From positions 67,952,001 to 68,016,000 of the forward strand of contig NC_135804.1 in the NCBI RefSeq assembly GCF_964213995.1: 64,000 nucleotides of DNA, read 5' to 3'. The notes under the pieces are model-generated. The model ran no database searches. It was not told where the DNA came from and saw only the letters and a list, made by a program, of their open reading frames with translations. The DNA comes from Mustelus asterias. Lineage: Eukaryota. The position numbers and the translations under genes are program-made. How positions within the stretch are numbered: position 1 is the stretch's first letter; each line of letters starts with the position of its first letter. Shown here piece by piece: positions 22,770 to 37,156 of the stretch.

Positions 22770-25700
22770 AACATAGTGCATAGAACAGTATCGCAAAGCA
22801 ACAGGCCCTTTGGCCCATGGTGTTCTGCCAAATTAAACAAACCCCATCTGCCCTCCCTTGGCCTATATTCCTCTAATCCTTGTATATTCAGGTGCTTATC
22901 TAATTGTCTGTTAAACAAACATCTCTATCGTATCTGTGTGCACCACTGCCCCTGGCAGCGCATTCCTAACAGTTACCACTCTCTGTAAAATATTTGCCCC
23001 TTACATGTCCTTTGAACTTTCCCCCTTTCATCTTAAGTGCATACCACCGAATATTCCACATTTCAACTCTGGGAAAAGATATTCTGACTCTCAATCCTTC
23101 TCATAATTTTAGGGATTTCTAACAGGTCTCCCTTCAGCCTCCACTGCCGCAGAGAAAACAACACTAGTTTGTCCAGCCTCTCCTTATAGCTCATATCCTC
23201 TAATCCAGGCAGCATCCTTGTGAGCCTCTCCCACTCTCCAAAGCCTCTACATCCTTTCTGTAATGTGGCAACCAGAATTGAGCACCACACTCTAAGTGTG
23301 GCCTAACCAAAGTTTTATAAAGCTGCAACATGACATCCTGACTCTTGTACTTAATGCTTTGACCAGGAAATACAAGCATGCTATAAACCTTCTTTACCAC
23401 CCTTGTGTGGGGATTTTCAGGGAGCTATGAACTTGAACCCCAAGATCTGTCTTCAGGCTCTTGCCATTAACTATATATTTACCCTTAACATTTGATCTTC
23501 CAAAGTGCAGCACCTCACACTTGCCTGGATTATACTCCATCTACCATTTCTCTGCCAAAATCTGCAACTGATCTGTATCTCGCGGTATCGTTTGACAACC
23601 TACTACACAATCCACAATTCCACCTACATTTGTGTCATCTGCAAACTTACTAACGGATCTCCAAACAGAAAAGCACTCTTCCACCATTACTCTCTGACGT
23701 CTACAGGCAAACTAATTCTGAATCCATGTAACCAAGTCATTGTGGATCCATGCATCCGTATCTTTTGGATCAGCCTACTCGAATGGACCTTGTCAAAACT
23801 CTGACTAAAATCGATGTAGATAACATCCACTGCTCTGCCCTCCAGTATCAACTTCGTCACCCCATTGAATAAATCAACCAAGTTAGTAAGACATGATCTG
23901 CCCCGCACAAAGCCATACAGACTTTCCCTAACTAGGCCATGTTTTTCCAAATGTTGTAAATCCCATCCCTATGACTCCTCTCCAATAGCTTTCCAACCAC
24001 TGATGTGAGCCTGACCAGTCTATAATGTCTTGGATTATTCATTTTTCCTTTCTTGAACAGAGGGACAAAACTAGCTGCTCGCCAGTCCTCTGGGACATCT
24101 CCAGTAGTTTTCGAGGATACAAAGATTTTTGTCAGGGCCCCATAAATTTCCTCTTTTGCCCTCTCAACAATGGATCCCATCGGTTTCTGGGGACTTATCT
24201 ATTTAATGGTCTTCCATAGATCCAACATGACTTCCATCTTGAGCACCAAATGCCCTTCCATATAAGCATGCTCCACACGAATCACACTCGTCTCTATGTC
24301 CTTCACATTGGTGAATACCAATGCAAAGTGCTCATTTAGAATCTCACTCACATCCTCTGTCTTCAAGCACAAGTTCCCTCCTTTATCCGTGAATGGTCCT
24401 ACCCTCTCCCTAGCTATCCTCTTGTTTTAATATATGAATAAAATGCCTTGGGTTTCTTTAACCCTACCTGTCAACTTCACTTCCAAATTATCTGTACCAG
24501 TTATATCCTGCTGTTTTTATATTCCTCACGGGCCCTGTCCGATTGTAGCTTCTTAAACCTTACATCTGCTGATTCCCCCCCCCCCCCCCTTTTGATAGGA
24601 TTCACAACCTGCTACATAATCCAACGGTCTCTTACCTTACATCCTGGCCTCTGCTCCTTACTGGAACATACCAATCCTGAATTCTGATATGCAGGTCTTT
24701 GAACAATTGCCACGTGTCAAAATTGGACTTAACCGATATCAGATGTTCCTAATTAACTCTCCATAGCTCGTTCATAATTCTGTCGTAATTTGCCACCCAC
24801 CAATGTAGTAACTTCCCACAAAGTCCTCACTGATCCTTATTCACAGCTATCTTAAAACGTCAGGCGTTGTGATCTGTTTCCAAAATGGTTTCCCGCTGAA
24901 AGTTCAGTCGCCTGGCCATGCTTATTTGCCAATACATTATCCAGTATGGCCCCTCCTCCAGTTGAACTATCTGCATACTGTTTCAAGAAACTCTCTTGTA
25001 TGCAGCTGAGAAATTCTTACCCATCTCAGCCTCTTTCTCGAAGGAATTCCCAAACAATATTGGGAAAGTTAAAGTCACCCACTGTGACAACTTTGTTGTT
25101 ATTGCATCTTTCCATAATCTGCCTATATATTTGTTCCTCAATGTCTTGGTGGCTGTTGGAGGGGGGATGATAATATAGCCCCATCAGAGTGAATTCACCC
25201 TTCTTATTTGTTAGCTCCACCATATTGCCTCAGTGAAGGAGACCTCCATCATGTGCTCTCTCAGTGCAGATGTGGCATGCTCCTTAACTCGTAATGAAAC
25301 TCCTCCACCTTGTTTTGCCTGCCTCTCTATCGCGTCCAAAAACATCAAAGCCCTGGAAAGTTGAGCAGCAAGTGCTGTTCCTCTCTCAACCAAGTATCTG
25401 TAATGGCCACAACATCATAATCCCACGTATTGATCTATCTCCAAGCAGATCTGCCTTACTCATATTATTCAGTGTCGTGAAATAAGCACATGTCAGCCGA
25501 TCAGTCCCATTGTGTGTATTAAAATGTACCTGCCTGTTCTTCCTTTCAGACTTACTGGTCCTAACATTTATCTTCTCCTCAATCCCTCCACTTGCTGACC
25601 TGCTGCTCTCGTTCATAGCCCTCTGCCAAGCTAGTTTAACCAGTTCCACGTAACACTAGCGATCCTCCCTACAAGAATATTGGTTCCCCTACAGTGTAGA

Positions 25701-26520
25701 TGCAACCGCTCCCTCTTCTGCCCCTGCCCAAGAAAAGATCACAATAATCCATGAACCTGAAACACTGCCCGTGCACCATCTCCTTAGCCACGCATTCATC
25801 TGTCCTGGCTTACTATTCCTTGCCTCATTGGCACATGCCACTAGCAGTAATCTAGAGATTACTACCCTGGAATTCATGCTTTCAGCCGCTTCCCTAACTC
25901 CCAATACTCACTTTGCGGGACTTGCTCCCATTTTCAACCCATGTTGTTGCTCACCCACCCCCTCAAGGAATTCCGCTCAGATACATGCTTCACCCTGGCA
26001 ACAAAGGGTGAATATGTCGTCCTTGGTTCTGGAACGTGGCCTGTGAAACGCCTATCTGTGCCCCTACCTAACATGTCTACAACCACTATTGCTCGCTTGA
26101 ACTTTGCCCCACCCTGCTCTACAGCAGAGCCAGTTGTGGTGCCACAGGCCTGGATGTTGTTGTTATGCTCCCCTGAGAGGCTATCTCCCCTGAACAGTAT
26201 CCACAATGTTTTACTTGTTGGAGAGGGGAATGGCGGCAGAAGACTCCTGCACTACCTGCTTGTCTCTCTTCGCCGTCACCCTTCTACATGACTAAACTTG
26301 CTGCGTGATCATGTCCCTGTATCTATCTCACTCTCTGTCCCCTGTACGCTACTCAACTGTGTCCTACTGCCGCTCCAAACCGCACCACGCTGTTTGTGAG
26401 AAGCTGCAGCCCGTCACACTTCCTGCAGGCTGTTCCCTGATCTCCCACATCTGGCAGGAGGATCAAACCACTGCCCTAAGTGCCATCTCTGTCTCGTTAC
26501 ACTAAGAAAGAGAAAATAAT
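22770..26520 (-). mobile_element. Old near full-length CR1 LINE (ORF1 and ORF2 relics)
   Basis: Ordered fragments: RT end (LYKTLVRPHLEC), RT (FVRGRSCLTNL), APE (VTVGDFNFPNIVW), ORF1 esterase (VVISRLLLVA..MNAWLRRWC). Confidence 0.85.
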
Positions 26521-26699
26521 CTTACCTTGTGTTTACCTTGCTCGCCTTTCTCAACGTAGCCCGTTATCACCTAAGCCCGCACTTATACAAACCAGCAATA
26601 CTTCCACCACATAGCCCTCTCAAAATATGTTCTTTGTAATTACTGATTAACTCGTTACTTAAATTACAGTACAAACTTTACAAACAGTCCAACTACCTG

Positions 26700-27432
26700 T
26701 TCATAGCTCCTTGAAAGTGGAGTTAGAGATTGACAGAGTGGTGAAGAAGGCATTCGGATGCTTGGTTTCATCGGTCAGAACAGTGAATACAGGAGTTGGG
26801 ACGTCTTGTTGAAGTTGTACAAGAAGTAAGGCCACACTTGGAACACTGTGCGAGGGTCACTTGGAACACTGTGCGAGGGTCACTTCGAACAGCAATTCTG
26901 GTCTTCCCATTATAGAAAGGATATTATTAAACTAGAAAGAGCGCAGAAAAGATTTACGAGGATGCTACTGGGACTTGATGGATTGAGTTATAAGGAGAGG
27001 CTGAATAGACTGGGATTGTTTTCTCTGCAGCGCAGGAGGCTGAGGGGTGACCTTATAGAGGTCTATAAAATAATGAGGGGCAGAGACAAGGTAGATAGTC
27101 AATATCTTTTCCCAAAGGTAGGGGAGTCTAAAACTAGAGGGCATAGGTTTAAGGTGACAGGGAAGAGATACAAAAGTGTCCAGAGGGGCAATTTGTTTCA
27201 CACAGAGGGTGGTGAGTGTCTGGAACAAGCTGCCAGAGGTAATACTAGAGGCGGGTAGAATTTTATATTTTAAAAAGCATTTAGATCGTTACATGGGTAC
27301 GATGGGTATCGAGGGACATGGGCCAAATGCGGGCAATTGGGATTACCTGAGGGGTTTAAAAAAACATAAGGGCGGCATGGACAAGTTGGGCCGGAGGGCC
27401 TGTTTCCATGCTGTAAACCTCTATGACTCTCT
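26700..27432 (+). mobile_element. CR1 3' fragment
   Basis: QFWSSHYRKDIIKLERAQKRFTRML; local tandem duplication of cacttggaacactgtgcgagggt at ~26835-26885; ctatgactct tail. Confidence 0.9.
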
Positions 27433-27439
27433 GACCTTC

Positions 27440-28255
27440 TCGGCTCTAACAATTTTTCAGAACAGCTTCTCTCAATCTTTCTGTTCTTTTGGTTTCTGGA
27501 GGAGGGAAGAAAGGCAACATTCCGTTAATGTATTGTTTGGGGCTTACTATACGGGTTCGTCTGCAATCCACGTTTCAGTTGTTGTGACTGAGCCACTTTC
27601 TCCCAGAATGTTCCTCTGCTCCCTCTGTTGATGTCCCAACAGGACCACATCCTTTCTTTCTACATATATCGGTCGTTTCAATAATTACCACGATTTCTGT
27701 CTGTTTGCTCTCCCTCTTCAGAAAGCGCTGATGCCGTTTAGGTACCTGCCTGACCCTCGCACCTGAAAGACAAAATACCATCGTAGAGCCTCTTTTGCGA
27801 CCGCAGAAACACCTATTTGCTCTCTTACAATTCAGCACTATAGTTCTGCCATTCTTCCTCCTCATTTCTTGTGAAGCAGACCCACAATGAAGTTGGCTGC
27901 CACTGCTTTTCCCTGCACAATCATCTCACCCAACAGTATCCAAAACAGTATACCTTTTGGACAGGGGGATGGCCACAAGAGGTTCCTGCACTAACTGCCT
28001 TCCTCTACTCTACCTGGTGGTCATCCATGTGCTTTCTGCCTTTTGAGTCTTCACCATTTGTGACCGCCTTCGTGGACATGCTACCCGATGGCTAGCTAGG
28101 TATCGGAGAATCCACTCGCCCTAACTCCCAAATGCGGCTGGCCAATGGTTTCAGTTGAACACATTTCCTGCACACGTGGTCGGCGGGGAGCTCTGACGCA
28201 TCCATGATTTGTCACATCGCACAGAATGAGAATATGGCGGATACGAGGTCTTTCT
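27440..28255 (-). mobile_element. Decayed CR1 ORF1 region
   Basis: RCFCGRKRGSTMVFCLSGARV parallels RLFCGGRRESRMVVCLPRAGI of the ORF1 at 17151. Confidence 0.65.
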
Positions 28256-28917
28256 GACGACCCGGAAACACTTTCTTTGCGTTCTGAACAAAAAATACGC
28301 TTTCGTATGAATGTTATTAACTTTCGTCTCTTACGCTAACTTTGCTTCCTTTACGCTACATTCCCCGTTGACATTACTTCACTATGATGACTCTGACATT
28401 CACTTACTTGGATTTTTTTTCCTCAATTAATCCCGTCTTCCAAAATAAAAGCACACGACATCCGTTCATGTAACGCCGACAATTAACAAACTGCCACATA
28501 ATTTATTTTTATTTTTTCATTTTTCGTCTTGTATTAAGTTTCCAACTAAAATATTTTCCCTCTTTGCCGTCAGTTTGGAAGCAACTAAGAATAGGTAATT
28601 CCATTTAGCAGTTACTCAGCAACTAATGGACTTCCGGTTTCCTTGTGATGACACTATTTTTTCACGATTGTTTATGATGTACTCTTCCCCCTCAACTCCA
28701 GTCCTGTGTTTTTAACTTGACAACTCCGCCTTGCTCCCTGCAATCTTTGTTAAAATCTAACCTCTCTGCCCGCGATCTGTGTTTCCAAACTGTAACAAAA
28801 TTTCTAACACAAGACAACAGGCGGGCAGGAGTCTATTGTTTTTAATATTTTCCACATCTTCCTCGAATTATTTCTCCCATAATGACCGTAAAAGTTCTAC
28901 AAATTGGCTTTCTGCAG

Positions 28918-29222
28918 CATTTATGATTTATCTCATGAAAGATGAAGACGTGGTCAGTCAACTGTTGGCAATCAGGAAATTTTCAGTTCCATGTAATCCA
29001 TCCGACATCGAAATAAGGAAGGGCGAGTGCCACCAGCTGAAAATTTGGACCGTGAGCGTAAGAATTTACCTACTGTAACAAACGGTTATGATCATAATTT
29101 TTTAAAAAATCTGTCCAATGCAAATTCCTTTTGGACACACTATTTTTTATGGTGTTGTTTCGATGGCAGTGGCTAAAGGTGCCGTGTGGCCTCATAAATG
29201 CACTGAGCTATAGATCACGGAA
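28918..29222 (+). pseudogene. Putative degenerate V(J)-type Ig-domain exon
   Basis: Acceptor ctttctgcag and donor gtaaga bound 305 nt; across frameshifts it reads RRGQSTV..KEG..RK..FLKNLSNA..IFY[G]VVS..VW..K[C]TEL*IT, resembling V-set F-strand YxC and J-like GxGTxLxV motifs. Confidence 0.35.
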
Positions 29223-29289
29223 GTAAGATTAATTCATTGCGTTTGAGCAGTAAAATGACTGGCAGGAAGACAAGATATTTTACAAGCAG

Positions 29290-32200
29290 GAAGCATACAT
29301 AGGGAATACAATTATGCTGCAGCTGAATAAGACTTTGGCCAAGCCGCATTTGGAGTGTTATGTACAATTCTGGTCACCACACTGCTGGAAGGATGTTGTT
29401 GCATTGAAAGGGTGCAGACGAGATTGATCAGGACGACTTGGAGTATATGGACTATGCAGAAAGGTTGAACAAGCTTGTATTGTTTTCATTAGAGTGTCGT
29501 TGGATAAGGGGGTGCTAGTGGGGTGGGGGGAGGGGCGATGTCACTGATAGGGGTTTACAAGGTTATGACAGGCTTGGATGGAATAGATAGTCAAAACCTT
29601 TGTCCCAGGGTCGAAGGGTCAATTGCTCGAGGGCATAGGTTGAAATTGAGAGGGAGGAAGTTTAAAAGAGATGTAAGGGGCAAGTTTTTCACAGTTAATC
29701 AATTAACCAGAATTCAGAGAAGGAATTTGATATGCTACAGTTGGATCAAGTGGGATCTGATGGAGATAGTTTGACCCACACCAATCACATCTACATTAAT
29801 ATCTGCAACTAAACCATATGAATCTTCAGAGAAGAAGAGGGGATAAAAGAAGAGGAGGGATTGTGTTATTATTTACGGAGTCAGTTAGTTCAGAAAGAAT
29901 AGACGATACCTTGGAGGGGGCATCTAATGAAGCTTTGTGGTAGAGCTTCAAAAATAGCAGCCACATTGCTGGGTGTTTATTACAGACCGCTTGGTAGACA
30001 GCAGAGATTTGAGGATGAATATGTGCACAATTGGTGAAGGTGTGTCAAAATAATAACAATCGGATAATTAGAATAGGTTATTTCAACATTCCCGATATTA
30101 TCTGGGATATACATAATGTTAAGGTTCTGACTGAAGTGGATTTGTTTATATGTATGCAGGAGAACGTTTTAATCCAACGTGTCGTGTCCAACAGGGGAAG
30201 GAGCTACACTGTGCCTCACTCTGGGAAATGAAAATGACAGGCGGTCGAGCTAGTGGTTGGGGAGCACTTTTAATGATAACAATCACAACATGGTACAATT
30301 AGAGCTTATTTTGAGCAAGGATATAGATAAGTTGCACCAAAAGAAAACACGTTTCGATGGGGGAGAGCGTAGTTTAATAAAATAAAGAAGGATCTGCCAA
30401 GGTAGACTGGGAACAGCGACTTGTGGGGAAAGAGCACTCGAATAGGAAATCGAAATGGTATTATCTCTATGCTGAGAAGACGGAGGAACAAGGCCAGAGA
30501 AACATGGACGACCAGAGATATCAAAGGTAAGATGACAAAGCAAAGAGAGGTTTTTTTAAAATCAGATACAAGGGGAGCCAATCAGCGGAGACATTGGTCA
30601 AGTACAGGAAGTGCAGGCTGGAGCTTAAGAAAGCAGCTATAAATACAAAGAAGGGACACGAGAAAGCTCTGGCTGGTAAAAGTAGGGACAATCCCAAAAT
30701 ATTCACTCATTTATGAGGAGGGCCAAACTAGTGAAAGAGTAGGTCTATTCGAGACCAAGGAAGAGGGCATTAGTAGGTTGTTGAACGAATACTTCACTTC
30801 TGTCATCACCCGAGAATGAGGATGAAGTTATGGAATTCAAAGAGAAAGACTGCGAGGTACTTGAGTAAATTGAGATCGGGAAGGACATGGTATTGGAGGT
30901 GTTGGCAGGCTTACAATTTGACAAATCTCCATCTCCAGATGCATTATGTCCCAGGCTACTGTGGCAGGCAAGGGGATACTTTGCACGGGCTCAGAAACAA
31001 AATTGTAATTCCTTTCTGGCCACAGGGGAAGTGCTGGAGAACTCCCAATGTTGTTCTGCTATTGAAAAAGGGTTGTAGTGATAATCCAGGCAACTACAGA
31101 CCAGTAGGTCTCACATCAGTGTTAGGGAAACAATTGGATAAAATTCCAAGTCTATCTCCACTTGGAGAGGCAAGCCTTGATTATGGATAGTCGGCATGGC
31201 TTCATCAGAGGTCGTGTCTAACAAATTTGATTCACTTTTTGAGGATGTGACCAGGTTTGTAGAGGAGGGTAGTACTGTTAATGTAGTTTATATGGAATTC
31301 AGCAAAACAAGTTTTACTTGGTCTCTCATGGGAGACTTATAAAGAAGGCATATGTATATGTGATGCAGGGTAATTTAATAAAGTTGACTCAAAATTGGTT
31401 TAGTTGTAAGACATGGATTGTGATGACAGAATGCTACTTTTGTGACTGGAAATCGGTGCCATTGATGTACCATAGGGATCCGTGCCGGGATTCCTATTAT
31501 TCATCATTTACCTAAACGTCATAGATGACTATGTGGGCGATATAATTAATAAATTTGGAGATGACACAAAGATAAGCCGAGTGGTTAACAGTGAGGGTGA
31601 GTGTCATGGGCTACAGGAAAGGGTTGACGTGTTGGTCAAATAGCCAGATAAGTAACAGATGGAATTCAACGTTGCAAAGTGTGAGGTGATACACTTTGGA
31701 AGAAGTAATTTGAGAAGGAAATATTCAATAAACGACCTAACATAAAGAAATTCTGTGAAACAAAGTGACGTTGGCATATTTGTCAATAGATCTCTAAATA
31801 CGGAAGAGCATATTAGTAGGTTGCTGTAAATATCATAGAGCAATCCAGGCACAGATTGCAGTTGCATAGAACTTTGTTGAGGCCACAGCGAGAGTACTGT
31901 GTGCAGTTCTGGTAGACAGGATATCGGAGGGATGTAATTACACTGCAGAGCGTGCAGAGGAGAATTAACAGACTGTTGCCTGGGGTGGAGCGTTTAAGTT
32001 ACGAAGAGAGGTTCGACAGGCATTGGTAATTTTCTTTGAAGCAGAGATGACTGAGTAGCGACCTGATCGCCGTGTAGAGGATTATGAAGGGCGTGGCAGA
32101 ATAGATAAGGAGTAGCTATTCCCATTAATTGAAGAGTCAGCCACGAACGAATGCAAGTTCAAGTTGAGGGGCAGGGAGTTTAAGGGGGATGTGAGAAAAA

Positions 32201-32405
32201 CACCTTTTAACCCAGAGGGTGCTGACAGTTTGGAATGCACTGCTTGAGAGGATGGTAGAGGCAAGTTGCTTCATTTCCTTCAAAACGTGTCGGCATCAGC
32301 ATTTATCACGGCGTAACATTCAATGCTATGGACCACGTACTGGTAAATGGGATTAGCTGTGATCTAAGGTATTTCACACACGTTGGCAGAGACTCGATGG
32401 GCCGT
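29290..32405 (+). mobile_element. Decayed CR1 fragments (3' end piece plus a long APE-RT relic)
   Basis: IIRIGYFNIPDIIW, DKSPSPDALCPRLL, DNPGNYRPVGLTSV and VSHGRLIKK. Confidence 0.8.
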
Positions 32406-32569
32406 AAATTCCCGACAGTGCACAAGGAGGCCATTTGCCCATGGAAACTATATCAACTCGTCGAAATCCAATGCCCTTGAATATGTTGGAAATATTGGAG
32501 AAAACTCTGCTCATATTTTATGAGCTGATGCCAGGTCATTGGGCACTGTCAAAAATTCGCAATGGAAAA

Positions 32570-33075
32570 GGTTACGTGGAGGTTTTCATGATGGCAGCCA
32601 CTTTCGTTAAGCGAGGCATTCCATACATGTCCTTTATTTCTTTCAGGGAGGAGCGAGTATTTGCAAGGCTGATAATGTAATATAGAAGGTGGAGCGACCA
32701 CAGTCTGCGCACATGTCCAACAGCTTTGAGGTTTTGCAGCCTGTGCACACTCGAAAACTTACAATTGGCAACATGAACAAACTGACCACAGTACTGTGGA
32801 ACGGGTAGCCAGTCAAGTTGGGGGAGGGAAAAGAAATGCTTTGGTACCACGTGAACGGCGCATTACAGATTGGTATGCTGTTCGCTGCAGCCGATAATAA
32901 AACTCCCAAAAGCGATCTCGCCTGCCTGGTACAAAGATGAAGGACATTTCCTTGTGTCTAAAAATACAATTAGAATGGAATGGAAGGGATCCAGTTACCG
33001 TGGTGCACCTGTGCTTCAAAAACATTGACAGGAAACAATAAGAGGATCTTCTTGATTATGCATTTACTACTTCAG
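32570..33075 (+). pseudogene. Possible degenerate Ig V/C1-domain relic
   Basis: One frame with stops reads IM*YRRW..RFCSLCTLENLQL..YCGTGSQ..HYRLVCC..PKAISPAWYKDE; a strong acceptor lies at 32646. Confidence 0.3.
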
Positions 33076-33690
33076 GTGTCACTGGCGAGACCAGTGTGTT
33101 TCATCTCTTCGGGATTGTCATTGAGAAGGTTGTTCTGAGTCATTTCCATGAACCACGAAAGCCCCTGTGGATGGTACAACCGCAGTGTGGTTAGTTAAGG
33201 AATTCCCACAATATAGACCCAGTGAACGTAAAGGAACAGAGAAATAGTTCGTAGTAAGGATGGTGTGTAACTTCGAGGGCAACTTACAGAACGTCGTAAT
33301 TCAGTGCAGTGTTTCTGTGTCCTCCTACCACATAGAAGTGTCAAGTTTGGAGAACGCTGTCGAGGACGTCTTGTAGATTGTCTTGCATGCATCCGGTAGA
33401 TATTGCACTGCTCCCACGATGCGTTGGTGACGGAGAGACTGAATGTTGAAGTTGGTATATGCGGTACCAAACAAATCAGCGATTTTGCCCTGGAAAGTGT
33501 CTGACTGTTCGATTACCCACCACCACTCATAGCTCGATTTGGCCGGCCGGACTGCAAATCTTTGATATGATTCATTGGCTGTGGAAACACTTATTCCTCT
33601 TCCTCCCAATGTTTGTAGTTTTACCAGGTCGGTACAACATTTTTGCTACGTCCTGTGGTGTTCACGGCATGCTTTCTGCACTTTTCTATT
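33075..33690 (-). mobile_element. Decayed L2-like LINE 3' part
   Basis: Reverse-complement similarity to 35500-36177. Confidence 0.6.
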
Positions 33691-33701
33691 GAACGAGTGA
33701 T

Positions 33702-34762
33702 AAAGAACAAAGAACAACGAAATTTACAGCACAGGAACAGGCCCTTCGGCCCTCCAAGCCTGCACCGACCAAGCTGCCTGACTTAACTAAAACCCCAAAC
33801 GCTTCCGGGGACCATATCCCTCTATTCCCATCTCGTTCATGTACTTGTCAAGACGCCCCTTAAAAGTCACTACCGTATCCGCTTCCATTACCTCCCTTGG
33901 CAACGAGTTCCAGGCACCCACCACTCTCTGTGTAACAGATCTGACTCGTACGTCTCTTCTAAAACTTACCCCTCTCACCTTCAACCTATGCCCCCTAGTA
34001 ATTGACTCTTCCACCCTGGGAAATAGCTTCTGACTATCCACTCTGTCCACGTATCTCATAATCTTGTAGATGTCTATCAGGTCTCCCCTCAACCTCCGTC
34101 GTTCCAGTGAGAAAAAAACAAGTTTCTCCAACCTCTCCTCATAGCTAATGCCCTCCATACCAGGCAACATCCTAGTAAATCTTTTCTGTATCCATTGCAA
34201 AGCCTCCACGTCCTTCAGGTAGTGTGGCGACCAGAATTGAACACTATGTCCCAAGTGCGGCCTCACTAATGTTCTATAAAGCGTCAACATGACTTGCCAA
34301 TTTTTAATCTCAATACCCCAGCTGATGAAGGCAAGCATGCCGTATGCCTTCCAGATCCCTTTGCCTATCAATACTCTTAAGGGTTCTGCCATTTACTGTA
34401 TATTTCCTATCTGTATTCGACTTTCCAAAATGCATTACCTCACATTTGTCCAGATTAAACTCCATCTGCCATCTCTTCGCCCAAGTCGCCAACTGATCTA
34501 TATCCTGCTGTATTCTCTGATGGTCCTCATCACTATCCGCAAATCCAGCAACCTTTGTGTCATCCGCAAATTTACTAATCAATCCAATTACATTTTCCTC
34601 CAAATCATTTATATATAGTACAAACAGCAAAGGTCCCAGCACTGATCCCTGAGGAACACCACTTGTCACAGCCCTCCATTCAGAAACGGACCCTTCCACT
34701 GCTACCCTCTGTCTTCTTTGACCGAGCCAGTTTTGTATCCACCTTGCCAGCTCACCTCTGAT
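33702..34762 (-). mobile_element. CR1 3' fragment
   Basis: [22 protein letters not shown]; (aaagaac)n tail at 33702. Confidence 0.92.
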
Positions 34763-34764
34763 AG

Positions 34765-36177
34765 TGCAGCTATATCACTGCCATCCGCCTGGCATTGTGA
34801 ACGATTGTCCTCCACACAACCGGGCCAATTACCATGCTACCCATCCTCTCTCGATCATCGTTAAAATGACAGAACGGGTCATTAACAACACTGTGAAACC
34901 ATACTTCTTCAACAATAATGTACTCACGGACGCTCAGTTTTTGTTCCCCGGAGTCACTCATCTCCTGTTGTTATTACAGACTTGGTTCGAGCACGGACAA
35001 AAGTGCTGAAAGCCAGAGGTGAGCTGATTGCGACTGTCCTTGATATCACTGTGGCATTTGATTGAGTATCATAACCCTTGCAAAACTGGAGTCAATGGGA
35101 AACTGGGCCAAAAATCTCCACTGATTGGAGCCATACCTGGCACTAAGGAAGATGGTTGAGTGGTTGGTGGTCAATCATCTCAGCTCCAGGGCCTAATTGG
35201 AGGAGATCTTTGGAATAGTGACCTAGGCCCAACGATCTTCAATTGCTTCAACAACGATCTTCCTCCCATTATAAGGTCAGAGGTCATCTGCATATTCGCT
35301 GATGACTGCACAACGTTCAGTACTATCTGCGACTCTTGAGGTACTGAAGGAGTCCATGCCCAAACGGAGAAAATCTGGACTATATCCAGGCTTGGCCTTA
35401 AAGTGGCAAGTAACCTTTGCGCCACACAAATGCCAAGTAATGACCAGCTCCCAGAAGAGAGTGTCTAATCATCACATGTTTGAAATTCAATGACATTATC
35501 ATCGTTAAATCCCCCAGAATGAACTTTCTGCGTGTCGTCATTGACCTGAAACTGAACTAGACTAACTATATAAATAATGTGGTTACGAAAACAAGTCAGA
35601 GGCTAGCAATCCTGCGACTGGTAAGTCAACACATGACTCCCCAATCCTGTCCACCATCGACGAGGCAGAAGCCAGGAATGTAGTGGAAAACCTTTTACGT
35701 GCCTGATTGAATGCAGCTGCAACAACACTGAAGGAGCTTGACAGCATTCATAGCAAAGCCGGCTGCTTGATTGCTGTGCTTCCCATAAAGAGCTAATCCC
35801 TCCACCACAGATGAACAGTGGCAGCAGTGTGTCATCTACAATACTCACTACAATAACTTGCCATGGTTCCTCAGTCAGCACAATCTAAACCAATAACCAT
35901 GATCTTCTAGGTAGAATAGAGCAGCATATATCACCATTTGGAACTTGCCCTCCAAGCCATTCACCATCCGGATTTAGAAATGCATCGCCGTTCCTTCACT
36001 GCCGCTGGGGCTAAATCCTTCAACTACCTAACTAATTACACGGTGGGAGCACCATACTGTTGGGTCGGCAGCGTTTTGAGAAGACAGCTAACCACCAGCT
36101 TCTCACGACCATCTAGGGATGAGCAATAAAAAATGCTGGTCTCGCCAATGATGCCCACATCCCGTGAAATGAATAAA
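34765..36177 (+). mobile_element. L2-like LINE RT region to 3' end
   Basis: NRANY..LSIIVKMTERVIN..NNVLTDAQF; ttcgctgatgac (FADD); tail gcccacatcccgtgaaatgaat. Confidence 0.8.
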
Positions 36178-37156
36178 TATGCATGCATTTTCTTTCCATT
36201 TCAAAAAGTCCTCTCACATCGAATGTTGCAAACTGTTTCTCCACTAGTGTCCAAACTCACTGCATTCACATTTTCCTTCTTTTTTCTAATTCCATATGCC
36301 AGATAAATTCTGCCTGCCAATTTATTTCAAACGCTTTCCAATTACGAAACCCCCGCGAGGACATTGGTCCCAGTCGTGCTGAGGTGCAACATACCCTTTA
36401 TGAATAAACTCCATCAATCCTAGAACTGGTCCGAAATTCCCAAAAATGTGTACCTCATCCTTCTGCGACATACTTACAAACCTCACCGATCATTCGTATG
36501 ATCACATGTCTGCAGTGCTTGGCAGACAGCACTAGGCCGAATGTAGAAACCACTAAATACGAGGTTCTACCAGTTAGCATCCGCCCAAGATCCTGAAAGT
36601 CTGCGCTAATAATTGTTGTCTAGTTTTACTCACAGTAACATGCCACAAATTTTAATCTCGCTCTCTTCCTCTGCAGTGTATGCTGCAGCTTTTCTGTGAG
36701 ATTCTTTGTTCTAACACCGAGAGGCAACACATCTTGTGGGGCGCACAATGATAATTGACAGCATGCCTTTCTGCTCCGACACAGTGGAAACGTCTGCGAG
36801 AACAGTTAATTTCTACAGGGTGGATCGTGCTGTGTAGTCCCTCGCCAATTTGGTGTCAAGGTCTGAGCTGTAATGCTTCAAGATACCGTCACTCCAAATT
36901 CTAACATTCAATGTCTGCTTGAGAGTGACGCTAACCACGCAATCTCCTGTACTCTTTGCATTTTCTAGGGCCTTGAGATGGCGGCCCGACGAGTATCCTA
37001 ACCCATTTACTGCCTTTGGCTGACAACATCCCAGGAGGTACAAATCAACGAAATTGCATCCTGCATGATAGTTCGCATTAATTCCATTTGGCCCTCAAAG
37101 TTGAAGACATCAGCTCCAGCTGGAAGGGAAGGAGACATGCCTTGCACTCATGTTAG

